Source: Methanosphaera stadtmanae DSM 3091 (GTDB lineage: Archaea > Methanobacteriota > Methanobacteria > Methanobacteriales > Methanobacteriaceae). From it: 32,000 bases of DNA. A program made the translations under genes and the position numbers. Under the pieces are notes generated by a model. It was not told the origin of the DNA, ran no database searches, and was given only the letters and a program-made list of their open reading frames with translations. Shown in pieces: positions 9,242-18,322 of this stretch; within the stretch, counting starts at the first letter, position 1; every line of letters starts with the position of its first letter. Location: the NCBI RefSeq assembly GCF_000012545.1, contig NC_007681.1, forward strand, positions 570,001 to 602,000, in the 5' to 3' direction.

Positions 9242-9668
9242 TTATTTATATATCTTTTAATTAATTTAAAAGTAACTTTAAGAAAGTAGGTATAAAATAA
9301 GCACAAGTTTTTAAAAAGAGATTCTTTCACTAAAGAAAAATAGTAACTGAAGGAGTTCCTTCAATTATATCTTTCTCTAAAAAAACATAAGAAATTAAAA
9401 TTCACAAAAAAATAAAAACAACATAAAAAAATATTAAATAACCTTAAAAAAAGGTTCAATATTATTTTGGCTGCTAATATTATTTTTTCATAGTATTAAC
9501 TTAAATTAATACAATTTCTACTCTCTTATCTAGATTATTTAAATGTTTAGTATTTTTTTTAAAAAAATAGTACTAAAAAAATCCATGATAACATAGTTTT
9601 TTTTCTGTTGTATGATAAAATAGGTCTTTTTTCAAATATTCTAAAAAAATAAGTGAAAATACATGAAT

Positions 9669-12179
9669 TTAGTATTTTCCACTTTCAATTTCATCCCTTG
9701 TTAAATCCCATATTGCTTGTTTATAACCGAATTTCTCACGTTCAGAAGAACTCCATCTATTTTTAACAAACATTAAATCATGATGTTTATCAGATTTTTC
9801 TTGAAGTTGTGTTGTTGCTTTTTGTAGTTTATGATATACAATAGCATTAGAAACATGATAAATCTTATAATTTAATACATTTCTTATGAAATTAGAGTAA
9901 ATCACATCAGATCTATAATGTCTTCCATTTTCAGCATCAAGTCCTAATGATTTATCATATACATCACGTCGTATATATACACAGAAAAATGCTACAAAGG
10001 AAACCTCTGTATAAATACCATTATGATATAATGGTAGGTTAATTACATTTTTATGATGGGCTGATAAATTCACATCACACATGTATTGAGGATTTGCATA
10101 GGGAACATGAACATCTATTGTTTTTGTATTGGCAGGAAGTACTTGTTGTGGAACTGTAATTCCACAATTTTCCAGAGTATATGCAGCTTCTTGTAAGTAT
10201 TCCATTGCACCTTCAGTAAATACTGCATCATTATTTAGAAGAACAATATCATTATCCTTTTTAGCTATTTCTATTGCCTGATTAACAGCGTATGTGAATC
10301 CATAATTTTCATGGTTTAAGATTAGTTTTATCTTATTTTCCAGTTTAAGTTTTCTTAGATAATTTTTAACATCATATGATGAATTATTATCAACAACCAC
10401 CACTTCAACATATTTAGAATCTAATTTAAATAAACTCTCAAGACATATTTTAAGATCATCCAATGCTTCATAACTAGGAATTATTACAGAAACACCCCTT
10501 GTTAGTTTAGGAGCTCTTTTACCAATTTTTTCTAAACGTTTTTCTTGTTTTTCATGAACTTGTTTTATTGTATAACTTAATTCAGGATTACTTGTAATAG
10601 TATTATCAGCTAAATCAAAGTAATAATTTGATAATATAACAGGTACGGAATATGTTTTTGCAAAGGTGGAATATTTAAGTATTAAATCCCAGTCAACACA
10701 TTTAACTAATGATTCATCAAATCCACCATATTTAAGATAAACATCTCTTGTATGAGCATAGGCATTTAAATCAATATAATTTCTATTAGAAAGAAGTCCC
10801 TTATTTAAGGATGCAAATCTCACATATTTAAGATTAGTTTTACTTTCCTCAAATACATATTGACCACAATACAATGCACTTGCATCTTTATTTACTCTAA
10901 AAGCACCTACCATGGCTGAAATATATCTATTATCCCAATCATTATCAGAATCAAGATACATGATATATTTACCTTTACTTATATTAAGTCCCTTATTTCT
11001 TGAAGCAGATATTCCCAGATTTTCCTTATTACGTATGAGTTTAATTCTTTTATCCTTAATCTTTAAAATATTCTCACATGTTTTATCACTACTTCCATCA
11101 TCAATAATTATTAATTCAAAGTTCTTATATGTTTGATTTAGTACTGATTTAATAGCATTTGTTATTAAGCCTTCCCTATTATATACAGGCATTATAATAG
11201 ATACTAGTGGTTTTTCTTCAGGTACTTGTTTTATAAGATAATTTGCAATATTTTCCATTGTTGCAAAGATTTTCTTATCAGATTCATTAAAGGGGAATGC
11301 TACTATTGGATTTGTTATAGAATATGATGTGTATCTTGAAAATTTATTTTCAAAGTCAGGTTTTTGCCATTTAAATGTTAATTTATCTAGTATAAATCCA
11401 TCAGTATCTTTTAATAAAATCTCATGTTCAATACCATCAAGAAAATCCATTGGAATTGTAAATTTAAATGCATGTTTTCCTTCATTAATACCATTTCTTT
11501 TTAAGTCTGCCCTATAATTTGAAGGTTTTATTGTGAATTTTATATTATCTATTGATATTATAACGTTTATTGGATGATTGTTTCCAATTTCTGCAGCCCA
11601 ACCTGAAAGCTTATCCTTTGAAGGCTTATTAAACAATCCTTTTATTTTTCTATTTTTAGTTTTATTTCTTTTTGGTTTCGTTGTTATATTTTTATTTTCA
11701 AATTGAGGTATGTTTTCATGGTGTGGAAGGGATATTTTTCTATTTTCACTTTTTCCATATAATAGATAGTGGATTAATGGATTTATTTTTAATGATTTTA
11801 AATCAGGATTTAATTTAATATATTCTTCTGAATTAAATAATGGTGATGGATTGTATCCTTTTTTACTTCCATAGTATATGTAGTGTAATAATACATCCAT
11901 TCCATCTTTTCTTACTGATTCATGCTTATTTAAATAATAACCTACATTAAATAAGTCACTTTTTTTCATTGCATTATAACCTTTAACAGTTAATAACATG
12001 TTTTTAAATCCACCACAACGACTCTGATTTAAAAATAATGATAATGGATATAATTTTGATGTTAATCTTTGTTTAATTGATCTGTTATTGTTATTGTTGT
12101 ATGATTCTTCATATATTGCAGATAAAAGTTTATTATAATCTGCAGTGTTATCTATATTGTTATTAACTATTTTTACCAC
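9669..12179 (-). CDS. Dual-GT2 glycosyltransferase with N-terminal repeat module and a beta-rich SGWA domain
   Basis: 836 aa, GTG start in the ORF track. Repeat module aa 36-148 (11736..12074). Domain SGWAAEIGNN...RADLKRNGINEGKHAFKFTIP. GT2-A at about 10600..11205 (VSIIMPVYN...LIIIDDGSSD...YLDSDN). GT2-B at about 9800..10495 (VSVIIPSYE...VVVVDNNSS...VLLNNDA). No TM segment seen. Confidence 0.9.
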   Translation of the reverse strand: MVKIVNNNIDNTADYNKLLSAIYEESYNNNNNRSIKQRLTSKLYPLSLFLNQSRCGGFKNMLLTVKGYNAMKKSDLFNVGYYLNKHESVRKDGMDVLLHYIYYGSKKGYNPSPLFNSEEYIKLNPDLKSLKINPLIHYLLYGKSENRKISLPHHENIPQFENKNITTKPKRNKTKNRKIKGLFNKPSKDKLSGWAAEIGNNHPINVIISIDNIKFTIKPSNYRADLKRNGINEGKHAFKFTIPMDFLDGIEHEILLKDTDGFILDKLTFKWQKPDFENKFSRYTSYSITNPIVAFPFNESDKKIFATMENIANYLIKQVPEEKPLVSIIMPVYNREGLITNAIKSVLNQTYKNFELIIIDDGSSDKTCENILKIKDKRIKLIRNKENLGISASRNKGLNISKGKYIMYLDSDNDWDNRYISAMVGAFRVNKDASALYCGQYVFEESKTNLKYVRFASLNKGLLSNRNYIDLNAYAHTRDVYLKYGGFDESLVKCVDWDLILKYSTFAKTYSVPVILSNYYFDLADNTITSNPELSYTIKQVHEKQEKRLEKIGKRAPKLTRGVSVIIPSYEALDDLKICLESLFKLDSKYVEVVVVDNNSSYDVKNYLRKLKLENKIKLILNHENYGFTYAVNQAIEIAKKDNDIVLLNNDAVFTEGAMEYLQEAAYTLENCGITVPQQVLPANTKTIDVHVPYANPQYMCDVNLSAHHKNVINLPLYHNGIYTEVSFVAFFCVYIRRDVYDKSLGLDAENGRHYRSDVIYSNFIRNVLNYKIYHVSNAIVYHKLQKATTQLQEKSDKHHDLMFVKNRWSSSEREKFGYKQAIWDLTRDEIESGKY
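11844..11924 (-). repeat. 81-nt inverted-repeat arm (partner at 23548..23628), 80/81 identical
   Basis: The reverse complement of 11844..11924 reads catgaatcagtaagaaaagatggaatggatgTattattacactacatatactatggaagtaaaaaaggatacaatccatca. It differs from 23548..23628 at one base (T versus C at 23579). It encodes HESVRKDGMD(V/A)LLHYIYYGSKKGYNPS in both genes. Confidence 0.9.
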
Positions 12180-12516
12180 CTCATATATTCAACTTTAATT
12201 AATTATTTAATTGAAATATAGAAATACATACCCTTAATATCTTTCTGTATGATGCTTTTAAAAATAAAACTTTTAGAAACTAAGCATTCATCTATATTTA
12301 TGTTTAGATTATTATATTAAAGTATTTTTTTATTTTATTAAATAATTATAGAAACTTATTTAATTTTAATAAAACTAAAATAGTTATTAAGAGTAGCACA
12401 TATAATAAATCAAAAAATAATTATTTCATGATTCTTTAAGTTATTCTATAAATACTAGAAAAACAATCTAAGATATGATTTAATTAATTAAGGGACAAAA
12501 AAAGGGATAAGATAAC

Positions 12517-13197
12517 ATGTCATTTATATCTAAAATAGAACAAAAATTGTTGAATTTAAGTGATAGTTATATTTTTTATAAAAATAATTATGAAAAATTA
12601 ACTACACTAAATAACAACAAAAATGAAACAATAAAGGCACTTAAACAAGAAAATGATTTATTAACTAAGAAAAATGAAACTGATCTAAGAAATAACACAC
12701 ATCTAACTGATGTGAATGAAAAACTCATCAAAGAACATAAATCATTAAACAAGGATATAGTACGGCTTGAAGAGGAAAAAAAATCTTTATTAAATGAAAA
12801 TATACAAAAAGATAAAACTCAAGCAGTGTATAAAAGTAACTTTGAAAAATTATCTCTTTTAAATGAAAATAAGAATGAAACTATTTCAACACTTAAACAA
12901 GAGAATGAAATGTTACTTGAAGAAAATGCAAGATTATCCCAAGAAAATAACAATCTTCTAAGAATAAATAGAGACATGGCAGAATTAAATAAAAAATATG
13001 CTATTATTAGTGAAAATATAAAGTCAATAAATGAGAATATAGCTTCAAAATTCAATGAAGTAAATAAACAATACTCTGCACTTGTTAATAAGATAGACTT
13101 TAACTTCGTTAATACATATAACAATATTAAAGAAATTAAAGATGTTAGTACTATAATGAATGATAACATAGATGAAATTAAAAAAATAGAAAAATAA
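12517..13197 (+). CDS. Coiled-coil protein with an internal duplication, unknown function
   Basis: 226 aa, rich in N/K/E/L, with heptad-like spacing throughout. No TM segment, signal peptide or catalytic motif. Two 34-aa segments are about 62% identical: aa 21-54 (12577..12678, YKNNYEKLTTLNNNKNETIKALKQENDLLTKKNE) and aa 105-138 (12829..12930, YKSNFEKLSLLNENKNETISTLKQENEMLLEENA). GGGAT lies upstream of the ATG. Confidence 0.7.
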   Translation: MSFISKIEQKLLNLSDSYIFYKNNYEKLTTLNNNKNETIKALKQENDLLTKKNETDLRNNTHLTDVNEKLIKEHKSLNKDIVRLEEEKKSLLNENIQKDKTQAVYKSNFEKLSLLNENKNETISTLKQENEMLLEENARLSQENNNLLRINRDMAELNKKYAIISENIKSINENIASKFNEVNKQYSALVNKIDFNFVNTYNNIKEIKDVSTIMNDNIDEIKKIEK

Positions 13198-13207
13198 GAA
13201 AAATTCC

Positions 13208-13233
13208 TTTTTTTTAGTTCTTTCTCTTTTTTT
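13208..13233 (+). terminator. Oligo-T tracts (T8 and T7) downstream of the coiled-coil gene
   Basis: T8 at 13208..13215 and T7 at 13227..13233 follow the TAA at 13195-13197. Archaeal intrinsic termination uses oligo-T runs. The AT-rich background lowers confidence. Confidence 0.3.
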
Positions 13234-13235
13234 AC

Positions 13236-15872
13236 TTATTCTGATTTTATTATGGGAATATTTGTATTAATAATGCCCTTTTTATCATTGATATTATATT
13301 CTACATTTATCATATGATTTTTATCTTCATAGAAATTAACATTATCATCTAAATACTTTGTTTTAAAGAGCTTTGTCCAAAGAAGTGTGTTGTAAATAGT
13401 ATCACTTTTTTCAACAATACCTGAAATCATATTCATATTATCCTTACGTATAGATCTAAACATGTTTTTTATAGCAGTGTTAACATAGAATAATTCTGGA
13501 TTTAAAAACATAACATATGGTGTTGTAATATAGTTTGGAATTATATTATATAGTTGTGTTTCATCATAATCTCTATTTGTTCTAATATATTCTATATTAG
13601 GAAATATCTTTGAGTACTTCTTAATATTCATTGTATCAGTAATTTTTGAATTATTATCAATAAATACAAGTCTTAATAAAGGAAATTCAAAGGTTTGTTC
13701 TGCTATATTATGAATAACTTCAAATATTTCCTTCTCTAACATATTTCTAGCATATATTACTATGGATATTGGTATGGTTATCCTACTTTTATCAGGTTTA
13801 TCAATTGATTCTTTAATATATGTGTAGTAGAGTAGGTTATTCTTATTAAGTGACTGTATAATATCCTTATCAAGATGATTTTTTCCAATACATTCTCCTA
13901 TAAACTCTTGTGTAGATTTAAAATATTCTAGCATATATTGTGAATCTATTTTATATAATGTTTTTCTTAAAATATCCATCATATAATTATAGAATTTTTC
14001 ATGATATGCTTCATATAATGGTGTTACTTGTCTAAATATATTTAACATATCCTTAAGCATGGAAATATTATCACACATTGTATTATCTCTACATGCATCA
14101 TATGTTTTTTCATGTATTCTTTGATTATAATAACTGTTCACTGTTATTTTCACATTTTTAGCTTTTAAAAATGTGATTATTGAAAATAAATTATCACAGT
14201 AAGTTCTTCTTGGATTAAATCTAATACTGTTATTTTTAATAAATGATGTTAAGTATAGTTTACCTGTAGCACTAGAATAATTTTTAAATAAAACTGATAA
14301 ATCAATATTAGTATTTTTAATAAGTTTATTTTCATATTCTTTTAGATAATCATAGATAGTATCATTTTTATTCTCAATTTTTGACTCTTTTTTAGTGTAT
14401 AATGTTCTATTAAAGAAGAAAATGTCGAGATTATTTTCTTGGGATATTTTTGTAGCAGTATCTAATGCCATACTATCTAGCCAGTCATCACAGTCAACAA
14501 AAGTAAGGTACTTACCTTTTGCATATTTTATTCCAATATTTCTTGTTGCACTAACTCCATGATTTTCCTTTATATGAATAACACGCATACGTTTATCAAT
14601 TTTAGAATGTTGTTTTAATATGTTAAGAGAGTTATCTGTTGAATTGTCATCAATACAAATAATTTCCATATTTTTAAGACTCTGATCATGTATACTATTT
14701 AAACAACTGTTAAGATATCTTTCACCATTATACACTGGAATTATTACAGATACAAGAATATCATCAAAATCTTTACTATATATGTCTTTTCTAGGTTTTT
14801 CTATTGGATTTGTCTTAAATATGAGTTTTTCATTTCTAAAATCAATATATTCATAGTATGCATTAGTATAATCATTATTTGCAATGTGTTTTATTATTTT
14901 ATGATATTTATGATTTTTTCGTGTTTTATTATTTGAGACATACTCTTTAAAGAATACATGTAAATCTTCTACAAAATTCTTAAATTCATCCCTATCAAGT
15001 GTGGTATTTAATACATATTTAGTAATATAATTAACATCATCTAATAAAATATGACAAGCTTCGGGTAATTCTTTCTTAAATAACTCATAACAATAAGTAT
15101 AAACTTTTATTAATATTTTGAGTTTATCATAAGAATAATCTAAGCTTTTTGAGAAACCATTTGTTGTATCTCTGTTATATATAACAATTGGTTCATTAAC
15201 AAATATAATTCCATTAGCCTTAAATAAGATTTTGAAATTAAATATTTTATCAGAACTTATTTTTAAACCTTCTTCAAATTCCAAATTATTTTCAATAAGA
15301 AAACTTCTTCTATATATTTTAGTACAGAGGTATGGAGAAATTCCTAGAAGATTAGGATTTTCATCTATGGTTCTAATCTTTGTTTTATAATGAATTATAT
15401 TTTGGTTTTCCCAGTTAACTTTTTTATTTGTGTATGTGTCAATGTAATTACCATTAACAACATCCACATCTTCTGCTTCAATTATATTGTATAGAAATTC
15501 ACAAGCATTACTAAGATATTTATCATCATCATCTAAAAACATCACATACTTACCAGTTGCATGTTTTAGACCGTTATTACGTGTTGGACCATCATATTTT
15601 TTTTGTTTATTATTAAATAATAATACATTAGAATATTTATTTTTATATTCTTTAATTAAATCAACACCACTTGTTTTTGTTGACTTATCATTTACAAATA
15701 TAATTTCTAGTTTTTCAAAACCTATTGTTTGATTTAATAAAGAATCAAATGCTTCTTTAATATCATCTTTTGTAGTATTATATACAGGTATTATAATTGA
15801 AATTAAAGGTATTTCTTTAGGTTTTTTCTGAATAATGTCACTTATTTTAGAAAATAATGCCATGGTAATCAC
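13236..15872 (-). CDS. Three-module GT2-type glycosyltransferase (two intact modules, one motif-degenerate)
   Basis: 878 aa. Module 1 at about 15168..15809 (ISIIIPVYN...NQTIGF...IIFVNDKS...MFLDDDDKY). Module 2 at about 14103..14759 (VSVIIPVYNGERYL...IICIDDNSTD...FVDCDDW). Module 3 at about 13236..13790 (ISIVIYARN...EQTFEF...VFIDNNS...MFLNPELFY). The track start is GTG at 15872, overlapping the upstream stop as GTGA. An alternative ATG at 15863 is preceded by GAGTGAT. Confidence 0.85.
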   Translation of the reverse strand: MITMALFSKISDIIQKKPKEIPLISIIIPVYNTTKDDIKEAFDSLLNQTIGFEKLEIIFVNDKSTKTSGVDLIKEYKNKYSNVLLFNNKQKKYDGPTRNNGLKHATGKYVMFLDDDDKYLSNACEFLYNIIEAEDVDVVNGNYIDTYTNKKVNWENQNIIHYKTKIRTIDENPNLLGISPYLCTKIYRRSFLIENNLEFEEGLKISSDKIFNFKILFKANGIIFVNEPIVIYNRDTTNGFSKSLDYSYDKLKILIKVYTYCYELFKKELPEACHILLDDVNYITKYVLNTTLDRDEFKNFVEDLHVFFKEYVSNNKTRKNHKYHKIIKHIANNDYTNAYYEYIDFRNEKLIFKTNPIEKPRKDIYSKDFDDILVSVIIPVYNGERYLNSCLNSIHDQSLKNMEIICIDDNSTDNSLNILKQHSKIDKRMRVIHIKENHGVSATRNIGIKYAKGKYLTFVDCDDWLDSMALDTATKISQENNLDIFFFNRTLYTKKESKIENKNDTIYDYLKEYENKLIKNTNIDLSVLFKNYSSATGKLYLTSFIKNNSIRFNPRRTYCDNLFSIITFLKAKNVKITVNSYYNQRIHEKTYDACRDNTMCDNISMLKDMLNIFRQVTPLYEAYHEKFYNYMMDILRKTLYKIDSQYMLEYFKSTQEFIGECIGKNHLDKDIIQSLNKNNLLYYTYIKESIDKPDKSRITIPISIVIYARNMLEKEIFEVIHNIAEQTFEFPLLRLVFIDNNSKITDTMNIKKYSKIFPNIEYIRTNRDYDETQLYNIIPNYITTPYVMFLNPELFYVNTAIKNMFRSIRKDNMNMISGIVEKSDTIYNTLLWTKLFKTKYLDDNVNFYEDKNHMINVEYNINDKKGIINTNIPIIKSE

Positions 15873-18322
15873 TCTTTTTTAAGTATTATAATTGGAACAT
15901 TCACTATTCCCTTTCTATTATACATCCTCTTTTCAACAAAAATATCATTTTCTTTCATATAAAACTTAATATTTGCTTCTTTTAAGAATTTAATCTTAAA
16001 TATCTTTGTCCATATTAACTCATTAGAACCATCATCACCACTATCTTCAATAATACCTGATGCAACATGCATATTACCCTTACGTACAGTTCTGAAAATA
16101 TATTTTATGGTATTTGGTATGTATGAATATTTTTTATTATAAAACATCACAAACTGTGTGTCAATATCATCTATTAATTTATTATATAGTTTATCTTCAT
16201 CTAAATTATTATCAACTACCATGTACTCAATATTTGGATATATCTTTGTATAATTCTTAATAACATGTTCTACATCACTATTCTTCGATGCATACTCAAT
16301 AACAAACAACACTTCAATAAAAGAAAATCCAAAACTTTGATTTATTAAATTAGAAACTACTCTATTTATTTTATCAATACTATATTTATCACATTTAACA
16401 ACAACAGTCACAGGCCTATTTGGAATAATATTCTTTTGTAGTTTAGTTATAGGATAATTCTTACTTTTAAGAGAGGAGATAACATAATTATAGAATTCCC
16501 TGTGTTCTTTACTAATATTTTTAATTATAATATCATTGAGTTCATATTTAATAATACAACATTCAACAATAGCTTGTATCTGAATAAAGCATGAATTCTT
16601 ATATGTGTGTTCAATCTTTTTAAAGTTAGATTGTAGTATGTCCATCATAAAATCTATTTGTTTTATAAATTCATTTTTATTTGTTTCACAATACTTAAGC
16701 ATATCATATACTAGAGCCATTTGATTTAAATTCTCAGGTTCCATAATACCTTTTTTAAGATATACTAGTGGATTAATTAGATAGGTGTTTTTTTCTGTTT
16801 TAAAGAAAATATTCTGATTATCTACTAGGAATTTTTTTGTAAACATCTTATTCCATATTTCAAGATCCATATATTTCTTATTATAATCATTTATATTAGT
16901 ATGGGCCATGTTGTATTCATTTTCTTTCATGTTTCTAAATAAATTCTTTAAAACATGATCCTTATATACATGATTTTTATCAAGTAATGTAATATATGAA
17001 CAATCTGTCATATTAATACCAATAGAATAAATATCCAATAATGACATATCCTCTTCTAGTTGAATATAATGGATGTTGTAGTATGTTTTATCATATATTT
17101 TAAGTAACTTTTGAACATCCTTTAATCTTTTAGTGGATGATATGAAAATAATATCTAAATATGAAAATCCCATTGTCTGATTAATAAATGAATTTAAAAT
17201 TTCATTTAATCTACTAACTGTAATATCATCACAGTAAACAATTGAAGCAATTGGAGTATTTAGGGAAATGTTCTCCTGTATGTCTTTAATAATATTATTT
17301 TCTGAATTCATAGATTTAACTATTAAATTATATGTTCTTAGATTATTTTTACTTAAATTATATTTAATATCATCATTTAAATCATATTCAACTATGTATT
17401 TTTCAATAAGACTCTTTGTTTTATTAAAGAAATCATTCTTAAATTCATTATCAATTTTCTGAAATCTATTTAGAAGAGTATGAATCATAAAATCATAGAA
17501 GGATAACTTGTATTTCATATAATAGGAATCATTACTTTTTAAAATTGAAAAAATTTCATCTAAAACATTATGAATATCCATCATGTCTTTTTTTGTATTG
17601 CTTGTTAATGAATCTGAATGTACACGTCTTTTATAGAAATATTCATCAACAACAGATACACGTCTTGCTTTTAAAAATGTTTTAATAAAAAAAGGATTAT
17701 CTTCATACATTGTAGTTTCATTGAATTTAATATTATTTTCCAATAAAAAAGATCTTAAATATAACTTACCTGGAGCAGTTACAGGTATTTTAAAAAGTAT
17801 ATTTGCAGAGATATCATCATGATTAAAAACTCTATTATAATATTTTTCCAAGAAATTCATAGAATAAGTTTCTGTTTTATATAATAACTTTGTAATATTG
17901 TTCATGTTAATAAGTTTAAATAATAATAAGTCAAGATTATTCTCTTCAGATTTTTTCAATACACATTCCAATGTATTTTCATCTAGCCAGTCATCAGCAT
18001 CAAGAAATGTAATGTATTTTCCTCTTGCATGTTTTATTCCAATATTTCTAGAAGCTCCAGGACCAAGATTGGTAGTATTGGTAAATACACATACACGTTT
18101 ATCAAAACGTACATGATTGTTAATTATTTCCAAGGTCTTATCTGTAGATGCATCATCAATACATATAATTTCTATATTTTTCAGTGTTTGTTTTCGTGCA
18201 GTATTTAAACATTTTTCAATGTATTTATCACTATTATATGCAGGAATAATTATTGAAACATCAATAGAATCATTTTTTGGTGGATTATCTTCTGTTTTAG
18301 TATTAGAATTCATATGAATCAA
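15869..18322 (-). CDS. GT2 glycosyltransferase with two further degenerate GT2-like modules; tandem paralog of the downstream gene
   Basis: 817 aa. Module 1 at about 17618..18265 (VSIIIPAYNSDKYI...IICIDDASTD...FLDADDW). Module 2 at about 16763..17260 (ASIVYCDD...NQTMGF...IIFISSTKR...TLLDKNHVY). Module 3 at about 15869..16425 (VTVVVKCDK...NQSFGF...VLFVIEYAS...MFYNKKYSY). The C-terminus matches the 878-aa protein (IWTKIFKIKFL versus LWTKLFKTKYL). The track start is TTG at 18322; ATG at 18313 (MNSNTKTED) is more likely. Confidence 0.85.
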   Translation of the reverse strand: MIHMNSNTKTEDNPPKNDSIDVSIIIPAYNSDKYIEKCLNTARKQTLKNIEIICIDDASTDKTLEIINNHVRFDKRVCVFTNTTNLGPGASRNIGIKHARGKYITFLDADDWLDENTLECVLKKSEENNLDLLLFKLINMNNITKLLYKTETYSMNFLEKYYNRVFNHDDISANILFKIPVTAPGKLYLRSFLLENNIKFNETTMYEDNPFFIKTFLKARRVSVVDEYFYKRRVHSDSLTSNTKKDMMDIHNVLDEIFSILKSNDSYYMKYKLSFYDFMIHTLLNRFQKIDNEFKNDFFNKTKSLIEKYIVEYDLNDDIKYNLSKNNLRTYNLIVKSMNSENNIIKDIQENISLNTPIASIVYCDDITVSRLNEILNSFINQTMGFSYLDIIFISSTKRLKDVQKLLKIYDKTYYNIHYIQLEEDMSLLDIYSIGINMTDCSYITLLDKNHVYKDHVLKNLFRNMKENEYNMAHTNINDYNKKYMDLEIWNKMFTKKFLVDNQNIFFKTEKNTYLINPLVYLKKGIMEPENLNQMALVYDMLKYCETNKNEFIKQIDFMMDILQSNFKKIEHTYKNSCFIQIQAIVECCIIKYELNDIIIKNISKEHREFYNYVISSLKSKNYPITKLQKNIIPNRPVTVVVKCDKYSIDKINRVVSNLINQSFGFSFIEVLFVIEYASKNSDVEHVIKNYTKIYPNIEYMVVDNNLDEDKLYNKLIDDIDTQFVMFYNKKYSYIPNTIKYIFRTVRKGNMHVASGIIEDSGDDGSNELIWTKIFKIKFLKEANIKFYMKENDIFVEKRMYNRKGIVNVPIIILKKE

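Noticed and set aside
9218-9668. Short palindromes in the 450-bp spacer (gaaggaGttccttc at about 9351, aaccttaaaaaaaggtt at about 9440, and an imperfect tagta-T/A-run-tacta at about 9549), considered as possible ncRNA, CRISPR-like or operator elements
   Set aside because: They are isolated, short, A/T-rich and not repeated at regular spacing. There is no GC-rich structured core and nothing resembling repeat-spacer periodicity. They are most simply promoter or terminator clutter between two GT genes.
12819-13169. 116-aa minus-strand ORF antisense to the coiled-coil gene
   Set aside because: Its L/S/F/I-rich translation is the complement of a K/E/N-rich coding strand. The plus-strand ORF is longer, starts with ATG after a purine-rich ribosome-binding site, and contains the internal duplication.
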